NCBI GenBank assembly: GCA_965113315.1
Contig: OZ220376.1
Reading direction: 5' to 3' (one strand)
DNA: 64,000 bases
Source: Podarcis vaucheri
Lineage: Eukaryota
A program made the translations under genes and the position numbers. Shown piece by piece: positions 48,415 through 60,245 of the stretch (positions within the stretch are counted from its first letter, which is position 1; each line of letters starts with the position of its first letter). The notes under the pieces are model-generated. The model did no database searches, was not told the origin of the DNA, and worked only from the letters and a program-made list of their open reading frames with translations.

Positions 48415-49047
48415 TGTAGTTGTTTAGTCGTGTCTGACTCTTCATGACCCCATGGACCAGAGCACGCCAGGCACTCCTGTCTTCCACTGCCTCCCGCAGT
48501 TTGGTCGAACTCATGCTGGTAGCTTCAAGAACACTATCCAACCATCTCGTCCTCTGTCGTCCCCTTCTCTTTGTGCCCTCCATCTTTCCCGACATCAGGG
48601 TCTTTTCCAGGGAGTCTTCTCTTCGCATGAGGTGGCCAAAGTATTGGAGTCTCAGCTTCAGGATCTGTCCTTCCAGTGAGCACTCAGGGCTGATTTCCTT
48701 AAGAATGGATACGTTTGATCTTGCAGTCCATGGGACTCTCAAGTGTCTCCTCCAGCACCATAATTCAAAAGCATCAATTCTTCGGCGATCAGCCTTCTTT
48801 ATAGTCCAGCTCTCACTTCCATACATCACTACTGGGAAATCCAAAGCTTTAACTATACGGACCTTTGTTGGTAAGGTGATGTCTCTGCTTTTTAAGATGC
48901 TGTCTAGGTTTGTCATTTCTTTTCTCCCAAGAAGCAGGCGTCTTTTAATTTTGTGACTGCTGTCACCATCTGCAGCGATCATGGTAAAATCTCTCACTGC
49001 CTCCATTTCTTCCCCTTCTATTTGCCAGGAGGTGATGGGACCAGTGG
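48415..49047 (-). mobile_element. BovB (RTE) LINE, 5'-truncated, RT C-terminal region
   Basis: ORF 48362-49006: IKRRLLLGRK..LDSILKSRDITLPTKVRIVKA..FPVVMYGSESWTIKKA..IDAFELWCWRR...YFGHLMRREDSLEKTLM. CAA-type tail; TSD TCTCAAGT. Confidence 0.93.
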
Positions 49048-50469
49048 TCTCAAGTAAACAGACTCAAATATGTGTTCTGTTGCCCAGCTATAGAATTTTG
49101 CTTTACATGGACAATCATTTTATCCATTATTTTCCGTTTAAATGAAATTACAATATACTGCTACGTGCAGGTTTTTGACAACTCGGTACTTAAAGCATCT
49201 TACATGAATCTAAACCATTGCCTAACTCAGTGGTATCAAATATGTAATCAAGTATATAATTTTGAAAAACTAGTGGGAGGCAAACTAAAAGCCAAGACCT
49301 GGCAAATAAGAGGGAAGTGCCCTGAGAAGAAAGTGTGTTTCCAAGGCATGCTCTGGTTCATGGGGTCACAGAGAGTCGAACACGACTAAGACAACCAAAC
49401 AACAACATTACCGAATATCCATATGAAACTCTTATTTCAGTTTTCTGATTTCTATACAAAGCACTGAGAGGGCTTCCCATACATTTTCATCCTGTCTTCC
49501 CTCTGCCCCACCCTAGGAGCTCAAGGTGGCAAACATAGTTATCCACTTTCCCAATTATCATCTCAACAATTCTGTGACTCTCTAAAGCTGAGAGAAAGTG
49601 ACTAACCAGATAAGCCTTTTGGATGAAGCGAGGATTTCAACCCTGTTTTCCAAGACCCTGGTCTGACACTCTTAAGCGCTAGCAATGACTATGAAATAAC
49701 AGAAATATTAAGGTTGAGTTGGTATACATTCCCAGCTAAAGATTCCCAGACAAGTTCAAGGTTTATATAAAACCCTTAACTTTCCTTGTGATCTGCCCAC
49801 TTGACCGCTTTCGGGTAAGCGTCCATAGGTGCCTTCTCTGTACTGTTTTGGGCACATGCTTTTGTTTATAGCCTACCCAAGTATTTAAGGCTGATGCATA
49901 CTTTTATCTGGGTTGTTTTTTAACTTGTTTTTGAATGTTTTGATTGTTTTACCTGCAATTCCACAGTTGTTGTTTTTTGTAATCCGCTTTGCAGTTGTTC
50001 TACAAACAAGTGGTGTATACATTTTCATGAAATAAAAGTTAAAACCCAAGGACCCCCTGTGCTCCGTCCCTGCAGAAAAACCACAAGCCTTTCAGTGGTT
50101 GCAGCAATCTCCTTAAATCGTCCCCTCGGACTTCCTCTCATTCCAGATCCAGCTTTTAGCAGAAGAAACGGTGCTCCACTGGACTCTTTGCACAGGCACG
50201 ATTCCCGTTCTTAAACGTTTAGAAATTCAAAGCGCATTTCCCCAATGCTTTTAGCTGTTTCTATTTCATCTGTAAGCCGCCTTGAGTCCCTGCTAGAGAA
50301 AAGGCGGAATAACAATGATCACAGTACTGTAATAATAATGACAGGTGGTAAGACATCAGGGCTGCAACTCCTGACTTTGCTACTTTTTATTTAGAGCGGG
50401 TGGGAGGTTATTAATAGCACAGCAACAGCTGCATTAAAATTTCGGGTTTTCTCCCTTGTCCTGCATCTC

Positions 50470-50940
50470 TGCCCCGCGAGAGTCCAAAAATGGCGCCCGA
50501 AGTGAAACAAGATTCGAGCTTTGCCGCTCTAGCGTTCCAGTTTCACCATAGAGAGGAAGCGTTTCCCCCTCGGCTCCTATGGAGACTAGACCGGAAGTCT
50601 AGCTGGTTCACTCTCAGCCTCCGCGGAAACCCCTCCCTCCCTCGCCTTTTTTACGCGTCGGCTGCGGGTGACGTCATTGCCGCTCGCCGCGGTGTGTTGG
50701 CGCACGAGGAGAAGAAGCAGCATGGATCCAGCTACGGAGTTTCCTGTGAATCAAGGGCAGGTAAGGAGAGGCGGCCGCCGCTTTGGCGGGGAGGGGGAAG
50801 GAATGCAGCACTTGGGGGCTTCTCTCCGGCGTGGCGCCCGCTGGAGCGGAGGCAGCCGCTGGGCTTCCCGCGCCACCAACGGGCGCCTCTCGGTTCTGCG
50901 ATTCGGAGTCTGGCGGGTGGCGATCAACGGGTGCTGGAGT
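50470..50940. promoter_or_regulatory. RSL1D1 CpG-island promoter
   Basis: CpG-rich. YY1-like AAAATGGCG (~50487), ETS CCGGAAGT (50591-50598) and palindromic CRE TGACGTCA (50669-50676). Confidence 0.8.
50722..50760 (+). CDS. RSL1D1: RSL1D1 exon 1
   Basis: agcATGG Kozak; MDPATEFPVNQGQ|gtaagg, phase 0. Confidence 0.82.
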
Positions 50941-50972
50941 AGGACTGAGGGGAGCTGGCATCAAGATCTGAC

Positions 50973-51312
50973 CCTGCCGGGTTTACGTATAAGCTAAACC
51001 AGCTATAGCTTAGGGCCCCACTTTCTTGGGGGCTCCCAAAAGAATTAAAGGGGGGAACCTGGATGTACATTTCCAAAATATAAGATAAAAAACAAATAAA
51101 ATAAAACCCACATACAGTGTTTTGTGTTGTGTAGGCTCCTGTGATGTAAGTCATGGACCCTGCTTGCTAGCCTGCTCCCTAAAATATCACTGGTTTGCTC
51201 ATTTCTGCATATAGGGTGCCTACATTCTGCATGGTATGGTTGCACGGCAACATATAAAGGGCCCCATTACCTTCAGTAGCTTAGAGTCTTATCAAACCTA
51301 AATCCGGCCCTG
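50973..51312. mobile_element. hAT-like MITE in RSL1D1 intron 1
   Basis: Imperfect inverted ends GCCGGGTTTA / TAAATCCGGCCCTG. Confidence 0.55.
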
Positions 51313-51484
51313 GTGAAGTTCAGGGGGGACAGGCCCTCTCAGCCTAGCTCTAAATTTGGGGGGGGGGGTTAGGGGGGAAGAGGGGAGGAGAGAGAACAAC
51401 CGGATGCGGCTTTGAACCCCATAGGAGAGAAACACATTGGAACTTGGAACTGTTTGCAAAGGACAGCCCCTGCTTTCTGATACC

Positions 51485-51635
51485 AGCTCAGAAAAGGGCA
51501 ACCCAAAATATAGAGGGATGGATCAAAACCCTTATGAGGACAGGTTGCAGCTCTGGGGTCTTTTTAGGTTAGAGAAAAGGTGAGTAAGACGCGGCATAAT
51601 AGAAGTTTATATGACTATGCATGACATGGAGGAAG
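51485..51635 (+). mobile_element. CR1 LINE ORF2 fragment
   Basis: QKRAT...PYEDRLQLWGLFRLEKR..RRGIIEVYM. Confidence 0.7.
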
Positions 51636-52867
51636 CTGTGAAGCAGTTACTTTGCTGCTTGTATGCCAATGTGTTGGCCTAGATTAGGGGTTGGAAACCT
51701 GTGGGCCCTCCAGATCTTGCTGGACTCCAACTCCCGTCAACCCCAGGCAGCATGGATGATGGGAGTTGGAGTCCATCAACATCTGGAGGGTCACAGGTTT
51801 CCTATCCCTACACTAGATGGAGGTGAAGGATTGAACTCATTGTAAATTATGCTTAATGCCGCTATGTATTTTTGTAGACAAAACACTTGCTCTTTAATAA
51901 TGGGTTGGCTGGGGATTAGTTATCTGTATGGTTGGTTGGAATGCCTAGAGTGGTGCTTGGATGTGGAGTACTGTATTGCTAGGATGCATTTTGGAGAGGT
52001 TGCTGTATCAGGAAGGGGAGTGTGGGTGTAGTTTCTGTATCAGAAATTTTGTTTAGTTACTAATCATGCTGTTTTGTGGAGTTCATCTGTGTTATAAGAA
52101 TTCAAAGGTCTCGGATATAGAATAATGTTCATAATTGCATAAGGTAAACACACATACATAAGTATATAAACCATGTGTCTAAAATAGTACAGGAGAGCAA
52201 TTCTGAAGCCATTTTGACTCTTCACTAAAGTACCTCAAATATTTTTCTGCAGTAGGAGGATGGGGAAAACTTTCCAATTTTTCTTTTCGCTTGCAAATCC
52301 TCCCTACAAACCCAGTCTGGGAAGTATCTTGGACGGTGGACAGATTATCAACAGGCATAATTTTTTAAAAAGAGAGTCAGGAACAAAAGTATTTGCAATC
52401 TGAAAGTAATGGCTGGGCTACCCAGGCAGATGCAGTCAGAAAGGCTTTATCAGGTACCTTGATAGACAGGAGAGAAGTTGCGCTCACAGTACTGCTGGAG
52501 AACACCTCCTTCTGTGATGTCTCTGATGTTTTTGGGGTGGTTTTGGGCTAAGGGGTGGGCAATTTCAAAAGTATTTATAGGGGCTTGCACGCCCTTGTTT
52601 TGGGTCTCTCACACCTTCTTGCAAAGGGCAGGGGGACTCTGTTGCAATCTGCCCTGCTTTCTACTGGATCCTTGCCTCCATCCATTCATCTCTGACCAGA
52701 CATGGACTTAGGAGACTCAGTGCCTTGGGGAATTGGGCAGCAAAAGCCAACCCCACATTTTCTATAACATCTGTAATGCTTCATTTAAGGCTTCAGCTGA
52801 GGTTATTACCTGCTTTGAGATTATTATTATTTTTTAATGATACCTTCTTGTGGATTTGCTCTTTCAG

Positions 52868-53010
52868 ATTAAAAAAGCAGCCCAGGCCCTCCTTGCATTC
52901 AGCGCCAGTAAGCAAAAAAATGCAGAGAAGCTGCTGTTGAATGAGGACCAGCATGTATTTCTGATGGTCACAGTTTGGAAAATCCCTCCACGTGAACAAG
53001 TCATCAAAAT
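52868..53010 (+). CDS. RSL1D1: RSL1D1 exon 2
   Basis: IKKAAQALLAFSASKQKNAEKLLLNEDQHVFLMVTVWKIPPREQVIK(I); compare human VRKAVDALL...LLLNENESLFLMVVLWKIP. Confidence 0.93.
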
Positions 53011-53450
53011 GTAAGGCTCTGGGTTTTGCTGCTCTGCTGTGTCTTTGACCATGATGCCTTTTGCTTCAGTTGTATTCATGACTATTGTCAATCATTCCCT
53101 CTGTTTCCAATGGCCAGGCTGTGAGTGACATCACTTATGTAGCTGAAATGACACTACCAACATTCAACCAAGCTTTGACCTGGGAGGACAGGGTTCAAGT
53201 CCCCACTCAGCTATGAAGGTCACTTTGTGACCTTGGGCCAGCCACTGCCTCTCAGCCTTACCTACCTTTTCAATATAATTGAGAAAATAAAAACATAATT
53301 AGAATCATGTAAAAAAAAATAATCAGAACGATAACATACCTTCGCAGCTTATCTGTGTTAACTGATTAAATAATCTGTTTTCCTTTTTTGAGATTGGACT
53401 CCAGCTGGAAACTACTGTGCATTCTTAAAATCGTGTTCTCTTCATTCTAG

Positions 53451-53589
53451 AACACTGCCTCATGATATTTTGCCGGCCACATCAGATGTTTGCCTCTTCA
53501 CAAAAGATGAGCCAGGCTTAACAGCTGAGCAGACTGAGAACTTGTACAGGAAACTCTTGTCCCAGCATGGGATCACAAGGATCAGCGAG
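53451..53589 (+). CDS. RSL1D1: RSL1D1 exon 3
   Basis: TLPHDILPATSDVCLFTKDEPGLTAEQTENLYRKLLSQHGITRISE. Confidence 0.94.
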
Positions 53590-54147
53590 GTACAGAGAGA
53601 ACTCTTAGCTTCATCAGTTGGTTTAGCCTGACGTACGAATGCAGCCTAAGGCCTCATCTTAGAAATGTCAGTGATTTAAGTGATATATAAGTACCCTAAA
53701 TCAGGTGTGGGGAACCTTTTGCCCTTCAGATGTTGCTGAGCTAGAACTCCCATCAGTCCTAGCAGGCATGGTTACTAGAGTTGTTCTCCTGTCACATCTG
53801 ACAGGCCAAAGGTTCCCTACAACTGATTTAAAGTATTTATATACCATGTAGTAATCTGCCTCATATTGGTTTGCATCCATGTCATGTTATGCTTTATTGT
53901 ACATTTCATTTTGAAAATGCTCTTCACTGCTTTAGGTCTAAAGTGGCATATAAAATACATTGGAATCATCATGATCCAATGTCATTTTATGTTCCTTCAA
54001 TTTCTATTTTATTGTTTCAATATTCTGTTTTTCACTTGGAGCTCTTGGGGCCTAAATTGCTATATGAATGAACTGTAATGATCATTATTTTATCTTTTAA
54101 TTAAATGCTGTAGTGTAATCTAACCAACCTCACCCCTGTATCTGAAG

Positions 54148-54296
54148 GTCATCTCCTACAAAACACTGAAAAAAGAATATAAACCTTATGAAGCAAAGCG
54201 TCGCCTCCTGAGTCGATTTTCTCTCTTTTTGGCTGATGACCGGATTCGGCGGCTTCTGCCATCGCACATAGGGAAACACTTCTATAAGAGTAAAAA
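54148..54296 (+). CDS. RSL1D1: RSL1D1 exon 4
   Basis: [50 protein letters not shown]. Confidence 0.95.
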
Positions 54297-54390
54297 GTAA
54301 GCACCCTCACTTGTCCATGTTTCATTTCTACCAAATTCTACTAAGGATGCTGAACTCTTCCTGAAATCTTGCCTTTTTCTGTCATATAAG

Positions 54391-54492
54391 GGCTCCTGTG
54401 TCTGTGAATCTGAAAGCGAAGGACCTCTCTAAGGAAATAAAGAAGCATCTCCAAGGCACTATTCTTCCAGTCACAAACAAGGGCTGTTGCTA
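54391..54492 (+). CDS. RSL1D1: RSL1D1 exon 5
   Basis: APVSVNLKAKDLSKEIKKHLQGTILPVTNKGCC(Y). Confidence 0.93.
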
Positions 54493-55212
54493 GTAAGTAT
54501 TAATTTTGATACTTAACTTTCATCAACCAGGCTATGAATTTATTTAGTGGCTGCATTTATGTGTTGCTTCTCAGGCATTTGAGACATTTTACAACATGAT
54601 GCTAACCCAAAGAAATTCCAAAAGACAAAGGGGAATATTCAGCCAATTTTTACTCAACATACACTCTTTGAAATGAATGAGCCTGATTCAGTTCTGTTTG
54701 TTAATTTCAGTGAGTCTGCTCTGCGTAAAATTTAGTTGACTACCACCCAAGCTAATAAAGGAGCAGACTTGTCTCAGGCTAGTCATGGTATTTCTTCTTT
54801 AACTTAAAGGTAGTATATAAATTATTTTATTATTGGTAACCACAGTTGACTCGCAACTTGTGCACGTTTAACTTGCACAGTCGCAGCCTTATGGGCTTGG
54901 CAGTTGGCCATCTAAAATTGCACAGATTAAACACACACAAGGTAGACAGCTTAACGGTTCTTTCAGTGTGGAAATAGCTTTCAGGCTTTCTTACCGGGCT
55001 CTGAGACTCCCAGATGCCAGTAAGTGAGGTCCGCTCAGCGCACCAACTTCAGAAGGGTAGGGGTGGTTGTGTGTAGGGGGGGCAGTTCCAGGGTTCTCTT
55101 TGCTATACGCGATTTCGGCTTTACAATCTCCCAGTGAGTTGCAAGTTGACTGTGTTATCATTATAATTATGTGCTTTGTAGTTCTTCACCCTGGTATTTA
55201 TTTTAAGGAAGA

Positions 55213-55440
55213 TGTCATGGACTGGCTTGGATGCAGAGGAGACACCGAGCTGGAGAATCCTCAGGGAAAGAAGGATCAGAGCCAGGGAACTGGTGGTGGG
55301 ATGATGATGAATGGTCAGAGGGAGCAGACTGGGAGGAGAAGGAGGAGGTGTCAGAAGCTGAAGAGGCCACACGGTTTAGTGAGCAGGAAGAGACTGTGGC
55401 AGAGAGCAATCCAGAACCAGAAGCACCAAGGTGGAACCTC
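55213..55440 (+). repeat. Probable LTR fragment (purine-rich)
   Basis: Abrupt TGTCATGG start and a purine-rich block inside RSL1D1 intron 5. Family not identified. Confidence 0.4.
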
Positions 55441-55765
55441 TAGGTTCAAGGGCAGCATTCCTCTGAGGAATGCTGGGGAATACGGACAGTAGAGGGCTGT
55501 TGTGTTCGTGCCCTGCTTCTCAGTTTCCCAGAGGCCACTATAAGCCACGGGATACTAGACTAGATGGGCCTTCAGTCTGATCCTCCAGGGCAAGTGGTGG
55601 GGAGCCTCCAGCCCACAGGTTGAACCTGCCCCACCTGGCCTCTGCATTTGGCCCACACGACCATTTCCCCAAAGTCTGCACCACCCTGTCTTAGAGGGAA
55701 AGAACAGACAGCTGAAGGACTGCCATTCAGCAGGGTATTGACTCCAGGTGTTGCTCGTTTTTCAG

Positions 55766-55859
55766 TTCTATACGTGTTGGTCACAGTGGCATGGAGGCCT
55801 CGGAGATCTCTGAAAACGTTGTTGGTGCCGTGAAAGTGTTAGCCACGAAAGCCCCCCAG
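55766..55859 (+). CDS. RSL1D1: RSL1D1 exon 6
   Basis: SIRVGHSGMEASEISENVVGAVKVLATKAPQ. Confidence 0.92.
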
Positions 55860-56074
55860 GTAATGATGCTCAGTCAGGTGAGGGGTGAAGGCATCTCTGC
55901 CCACTCATCCAGGAATAAATCCCATTAATCTTGGTGGGGCTTATTTCCAAGTAAATATGCATGGAATTGGGCCGTCCATCTTTTTATTAAAGCGGTTTGC
56001 TTTGTGCCTGCCCTCTTTCATTAACTTCCTTTTCTTTCTTTCTTTTAAATAAAAACAACACACAATTGCTGCAG

Positions 56075-56197
56075 ATCTGGAAAAGTGTTAAGATCCTTCA
56101 TCTCAAGATGAGCAAGTCTGTTGCTCTTCCGATCTTTACCTGTAGTAATCCCATAACAGGAGTTCCTCAGAAACAGCCAGATGCCGAAGTTGAACAG
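56075..56197 (+). CDS. RSL1D1: RSL1D1 exon 7
   Basis: IWKSVKILHLKMSKSVALPIFTCSNP...EVEQ|gtagga. Confidence 0.9.
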
Positions 56198-56616
56198 GTA
56201 GGAGCCTGACTCATGTGTACATAGTGGGCGCTTTCAGCAAGGGTGGTCCTCCTGGCCGGTTATATAACTACGGCTACTTAGTATTTTGTAACTTCTGCAT
56301 GTCTGAAGAGGCCTGCTTAAACAAAAATGTTTAAAGTAAGCACAGGAAGGAGAGCAGTGAAGGTCAATAGATGGGGAGTTCCGAAATGTAGGTGTTGCCA
56401 TGCTGGAATATGGATTTACGACTGCAGAATGAGTATTGGGTTCCACAGATCAAAGCGGTCGAATCGGCACATTTGGGAATTGTAGTTCTACTATTCGGAG
56501 GGTGCCGGGTTGGCTGTATGTGGAACTAGGGGGGAGATCCAGAAACGTTCTGGGAAATGTGCATTGGTACATGGTGTGTACCCATTTGTCTGTATTGGTG
56601 TGGTCTTTTGATGAAG

Positions 56617-56871
56617 GTGCTAAGGAAATTAATAAATACCTTCCAGGAAAACCAAGCGAAGAAGAAGAAAAAGAAAGGGAAAAAGACAGCTGGAAAGAAG
56701 AACTTGGCTAAAGCCCGGGCGACAGGAGAAATCAGCCAGGTTCCTGCCATTGCTGGGAAAAAGAAGGCAGCAGCTAAAGTCTCTGCCGTTGTCAAAGCGG
56801 AAGAAGATGAGGATGGAGACATTCCACAGCTGGTTCCAATCGAAGCATGTCCCGGTGTGAAAAATGAGAAG
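56617..56871 (+). CDS. RSL1D1: RSL1D1 exon 8 (acceptor at 56617 or in-frame at 56647)
   Basis: Lys-rich ENQAKKKKKKGKK...EEDEDGDIPQLVPI, compare human ESEDEIPQLVPI; donor AAG|gtaaac. Confidence 0.82.
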
Positions 56872-57689
56872 GTAAACCAATCTTGTTCTGGCTGAGTTAC
56901 AATTGGAGCTTCAACTTGACGGAAGATTCTGTTCCAGATACCTTGCAGGGCTGTCCACACGGTATGCTGAACACAGGCACAAGCTGTGGGTGTGTTTGTG
57001 TGAATTATTTGTATGCACAGGGACACAGGTTGTACTCTCATGAAATGGAATGTGAGGGTTTCTGTGTGGTCGTTTTGCCACCCTCAGAAGCAGGGGGAAT
57101 GGTAGGCCACGAAAGGGGTTTCTTCATGGCAGCCTCTAAATTGTGGAACTCCATCCCCTCAAAGGTGAATTTGGTTATCTTCACTCTACAGTTTTTTCCC
57201 ATATGCAGAAGAGATACCTCTTTACCCTTGCCTTTGACGGAGTTAATGTGGGGGTTTTGGGGGGGGGACTCCACCTATTTGGTTAATTCACGGTTTCATT
57301 TCATCAGGAACCGTTTTACTTGTTTTTACCATTTTGATGGTTTTATCCATTTCTAGATAAAACTTCTGTAACCCACCCCGGGATCTTACAGTGAAGGGTG
57401 GGTTATGAATCTTGTAAAATAAATGAAATATAATACATAACTTACTTATGAAAATAGGCAAATACATTTTAATAAGAGTGTACTAGACGAAAATGCATTT
57501 ACACTGCTTCGTGAAAGGTGATCATTGTATCTGCAAAGGACAGAAAATGTCAAACGAAAGGGAAAGTGACAAACTGGCAGGAGATCTTTTGCTTGAGACT
57601 TGAAAGAAAGGAAGCAAAGATTTTTTTGCTTGATAGGTGAACAAAATCCAATAATGATGTTCAGGTGCAGTTTGTGCCAGACAGGAGTA

Positions 57690-58060
57690 ATAATAATTAT
57701 TACTTTATTTATATTTCACTCTTCTGCCCCAGCCACTCTGGGTGGCTTCCAGCATATGCAAAAACATAATAAGACATTAAACACTAAAAACCTCCTGATA
57801 CAGGACTGCCTTCAGATGTCAGATGTCTTCTAAAGGTTGTATCTCCTTGATATCTGATGAGAGGGCATTCCACACAGTGGGCGCCAATACCAAGAAGCCC
57901 CTCTGTGCTTCTCTGTAACCTCACTTCTCACAGTGAGGGAGCTGCCAGAAGGCCCTCAGACTTGGATCTTAGGGTTTGGGCTGAACAATGGGGGTGGAAA
58001 CGCTGCTTCAGGTATACAGCACCAAGGCCGTTTAGGGCTTTAAAAGTAAGAGCCAACACT
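57690..58060 (-). mobile_element. L2-type LINE 3' fragment
   Basis: Contains CCCAGCCACTCTGGG..GCTTCCA 3' end (shared with ~4790-4880 and ~6920-7010) and CCGTTTAGGGCTTTAAA body. Confidence 0.55.
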
Positions 58061-58283
58061 AGCTTTTATTCTCAGTGACATTTGGTAGCGAGTGGGGAGA
58101 AGAATAAAATCTTTCTATTTTCAACACATATCATGGTGAACAAAAACAGGTGAGTTCATACATCGAACTACCGTGTGTTCCGAATTCCGCTCATCATTGC
58201 TCCCATCATCATTTTTTAAAAGGAAAAAGTCTGTTGACTCCTGATGGGTGCCTTTATTCTCTTGCTTTCCCTCTTCAATATAG

Positions 58284-58460
58284 GTGCTAGAGCCTAGTCC
58301 TGCCACCGGAAAAGAAATCAAAGCAGGCAAAAAAGCTGCAGCAACTCTAACTCTCCTTGGCAAGAGGAAGACATCCCCGTCTCCAGGAACACAACTGAAA
58401 ACACCTGGAGTTGGGTCCAAATTGCTCGGACGAGACAAGAAACCCAAGACCCAAAGCTAA
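58284..58460 (+). CDS. RSL1D1: RSL1D1 exon 9 (terminal; ends at early TAA)
   Basis: aatatag|GTGCTAGAG; VLEPSPATGKEIKAGKKAAATLTLLGKRKTSPSPG...KKPKTQS then TAA at 58458-58460. Confidence 0.82.
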   Translation: MLEPSPATGKEIKAGKKAAATLTLLGKRKTSPSPGTQLKTPGVGSKLLGRDKKPKTQS

Positions 58461-60245
58461 AACGTTTTGGAGGAGGAGCAGACAAAGACCCCAAAGAAGA
58501 CAGAAGCAAAGTCTTCTGTGACCCTTAAACCAGGGAAATTGGTCAAGTCTGCCAGGAAAGCTCCTTAAACTTGGGGAAAGGAAGGTGCCGCAGTCAGCAT
58601 GACCAGCGTTGCAGCACATAGGGTTGTAGCCATCAAAGTTGTACTGTTAGCACAAGGACTTGTCCGCTCACTCTTCTGTCCTCCCGTGTGCCCAACCCCA
58701 CCTCCTTCCAAACCCTCTGGAGCAGATGTGGGGAGCGCAAGGAGAGAGGGGAGATGTTCTGTGTCCCAACTGGATGTCCTTGCACCAATAGGATGACTTT
58801 GTTGAGTACAACTTGTAAAAGTCAATGGAGTTCAGCAGAAAAGTCACCTTGAGAACAGGGTGGCTATAGAGAGCCAGCATTTTTCTTAGCAATCTGTAAT
58901 CTTGTTTCTAACCGCTAATACAGACCTGTGTTATTCAGATCTATATAAAGTCAGACTTTCCTTTTATGACATGTGCATTGCATTATTATTTTTTGCCTGT
59001 ACTTCATTATCTATTTTATATTATACAATTTAATATGACATACAGGTATAGCAAAAAAAGTTAAATAATGGGCCTATTTCCTATCCTTACTCTCTTGGGT
59101 AACAAGGATTTTTTATTTTTACAAAACACCTCCTAATACTCCAAATACATTATTTATTCAGATACTTCTCACCTGGTGAGAATATTTATTTTATTTTTAT
59201 TTTTTAAAGTTCATTAAGCCCATGACATCAACAGAATTGAGTTGTTGTCTTCTAACCCTAGTTGAAAATTATACTTAATTTAGCAAACTGCTAGTAACCC
59301 CAATATCAATTCCAGATTGCTATTAGTAATTGCATCTTCTAGATTGCATGCTATTTTCAAAATCCACAGTTGGGCATGACTTTGATCAGGACCAACCAAA
59401 ATGTCAGAAAATAGCAAATAAGCTTTCCAGTTCTCCGGTATTCTCCATCCGTCTGGATGTTACAAAGAGTAGGGGCTGATGTTTCTTTCTTTGTTTTGGG
59501 CAGGGTGCAGGTAGGGGTGGAAGAGGGGGGGAAAAAGTACAAAAATGATTCTAATTTTAAACTCTGTTTCAATATGGAGATGTTGATTTTTGTACTTTTG
59601 TACTTTCTTCTGACCCCTGTTTACTTCGTTTAATATCTAGACCGGTGGCCAGACTGGTCTTTGGAGATCAGCTGGTGAGTTGCTGGACTTGTGGATCTGA
59701 AAGAAAAGCCCCACAAGCATGGGCTCCAAAAGGTGTCACAGCCCTGCTTTAGTAAGATGGAATATGTGCATCAGGGGTGGAGAAGATTTTTCAGCCAAAG
59801 GACCACATTCCCTTCTGGGCAGTTTTCTGGGAGCCACATGCCAGCGATGGGCAAATCTGATCTGAGCAACAATTACAAAGTTTGCCTTTCTGCAGGAGGC
59901 TATTTTCTATACACTCACACACCCCACTCTGTCCTTCATTAAGGCCAACTGGAGGTGTGAATAGTTTGCACATTGCAGCTAAGCATAAATGCAAGGGGGG
60001 GGGGTTGAAGCAGGGCCAGTGAGGGGTGTGGCCTGGGAGAATCCAGATGGCCCTGCAGAGGCTTGAAGGGCTACATTTTGGCCCCCAGAGCTGAGGTTCC
60101 CATCCACACAACATGTATAGTGAGAGTTTGCCTCCAGTGAAATTGGGGCTGCCACGTGATTATGGAAAGCAAAGTCGGTCTAATAGATTTTGATTAAATT
60201 TGCAAATGAGTAAAACCAAATACTTAAGAATTTAATAGCACAAAT

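Larger units (their letters stand above)
50722..58460 (+). other. RSL1D1: RSL1D1 gene span (ribosomal L1 domain-containing protein 1), 9 coding exons, ~396-406 aa
   Basis: Exon phases are consistent and the L1-domain exons align by eye to recalled human RSL1D1. Lies downstream of GSPT1 in the same orientation, as in human. Confidence 0.92.

Noticed and set aside
50490-50942. 150-aa ORF across the RSL1D1 promoter
   Set aside because: It starts at the YY1 motif ATG, is out of frame with RSL1D1, crosses the exon 1 donor and has no protein-like features.
55067-55492. Acidic/Trp-rich ORFs in RSL1D1 intron 5
   Set aside because: Within a probable LTR-like repeat; the RSL1D1 frame is complete without them.
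50761-58283. Possible intronic snoRNAs in RSL1D1, since ribosome-biogenesis genes often host them
   Set aside because: No convincing C/D box pair with a terminal stem or H/ACA double hairpin seen by eye; an Infernal/Rfam scan would settle it.
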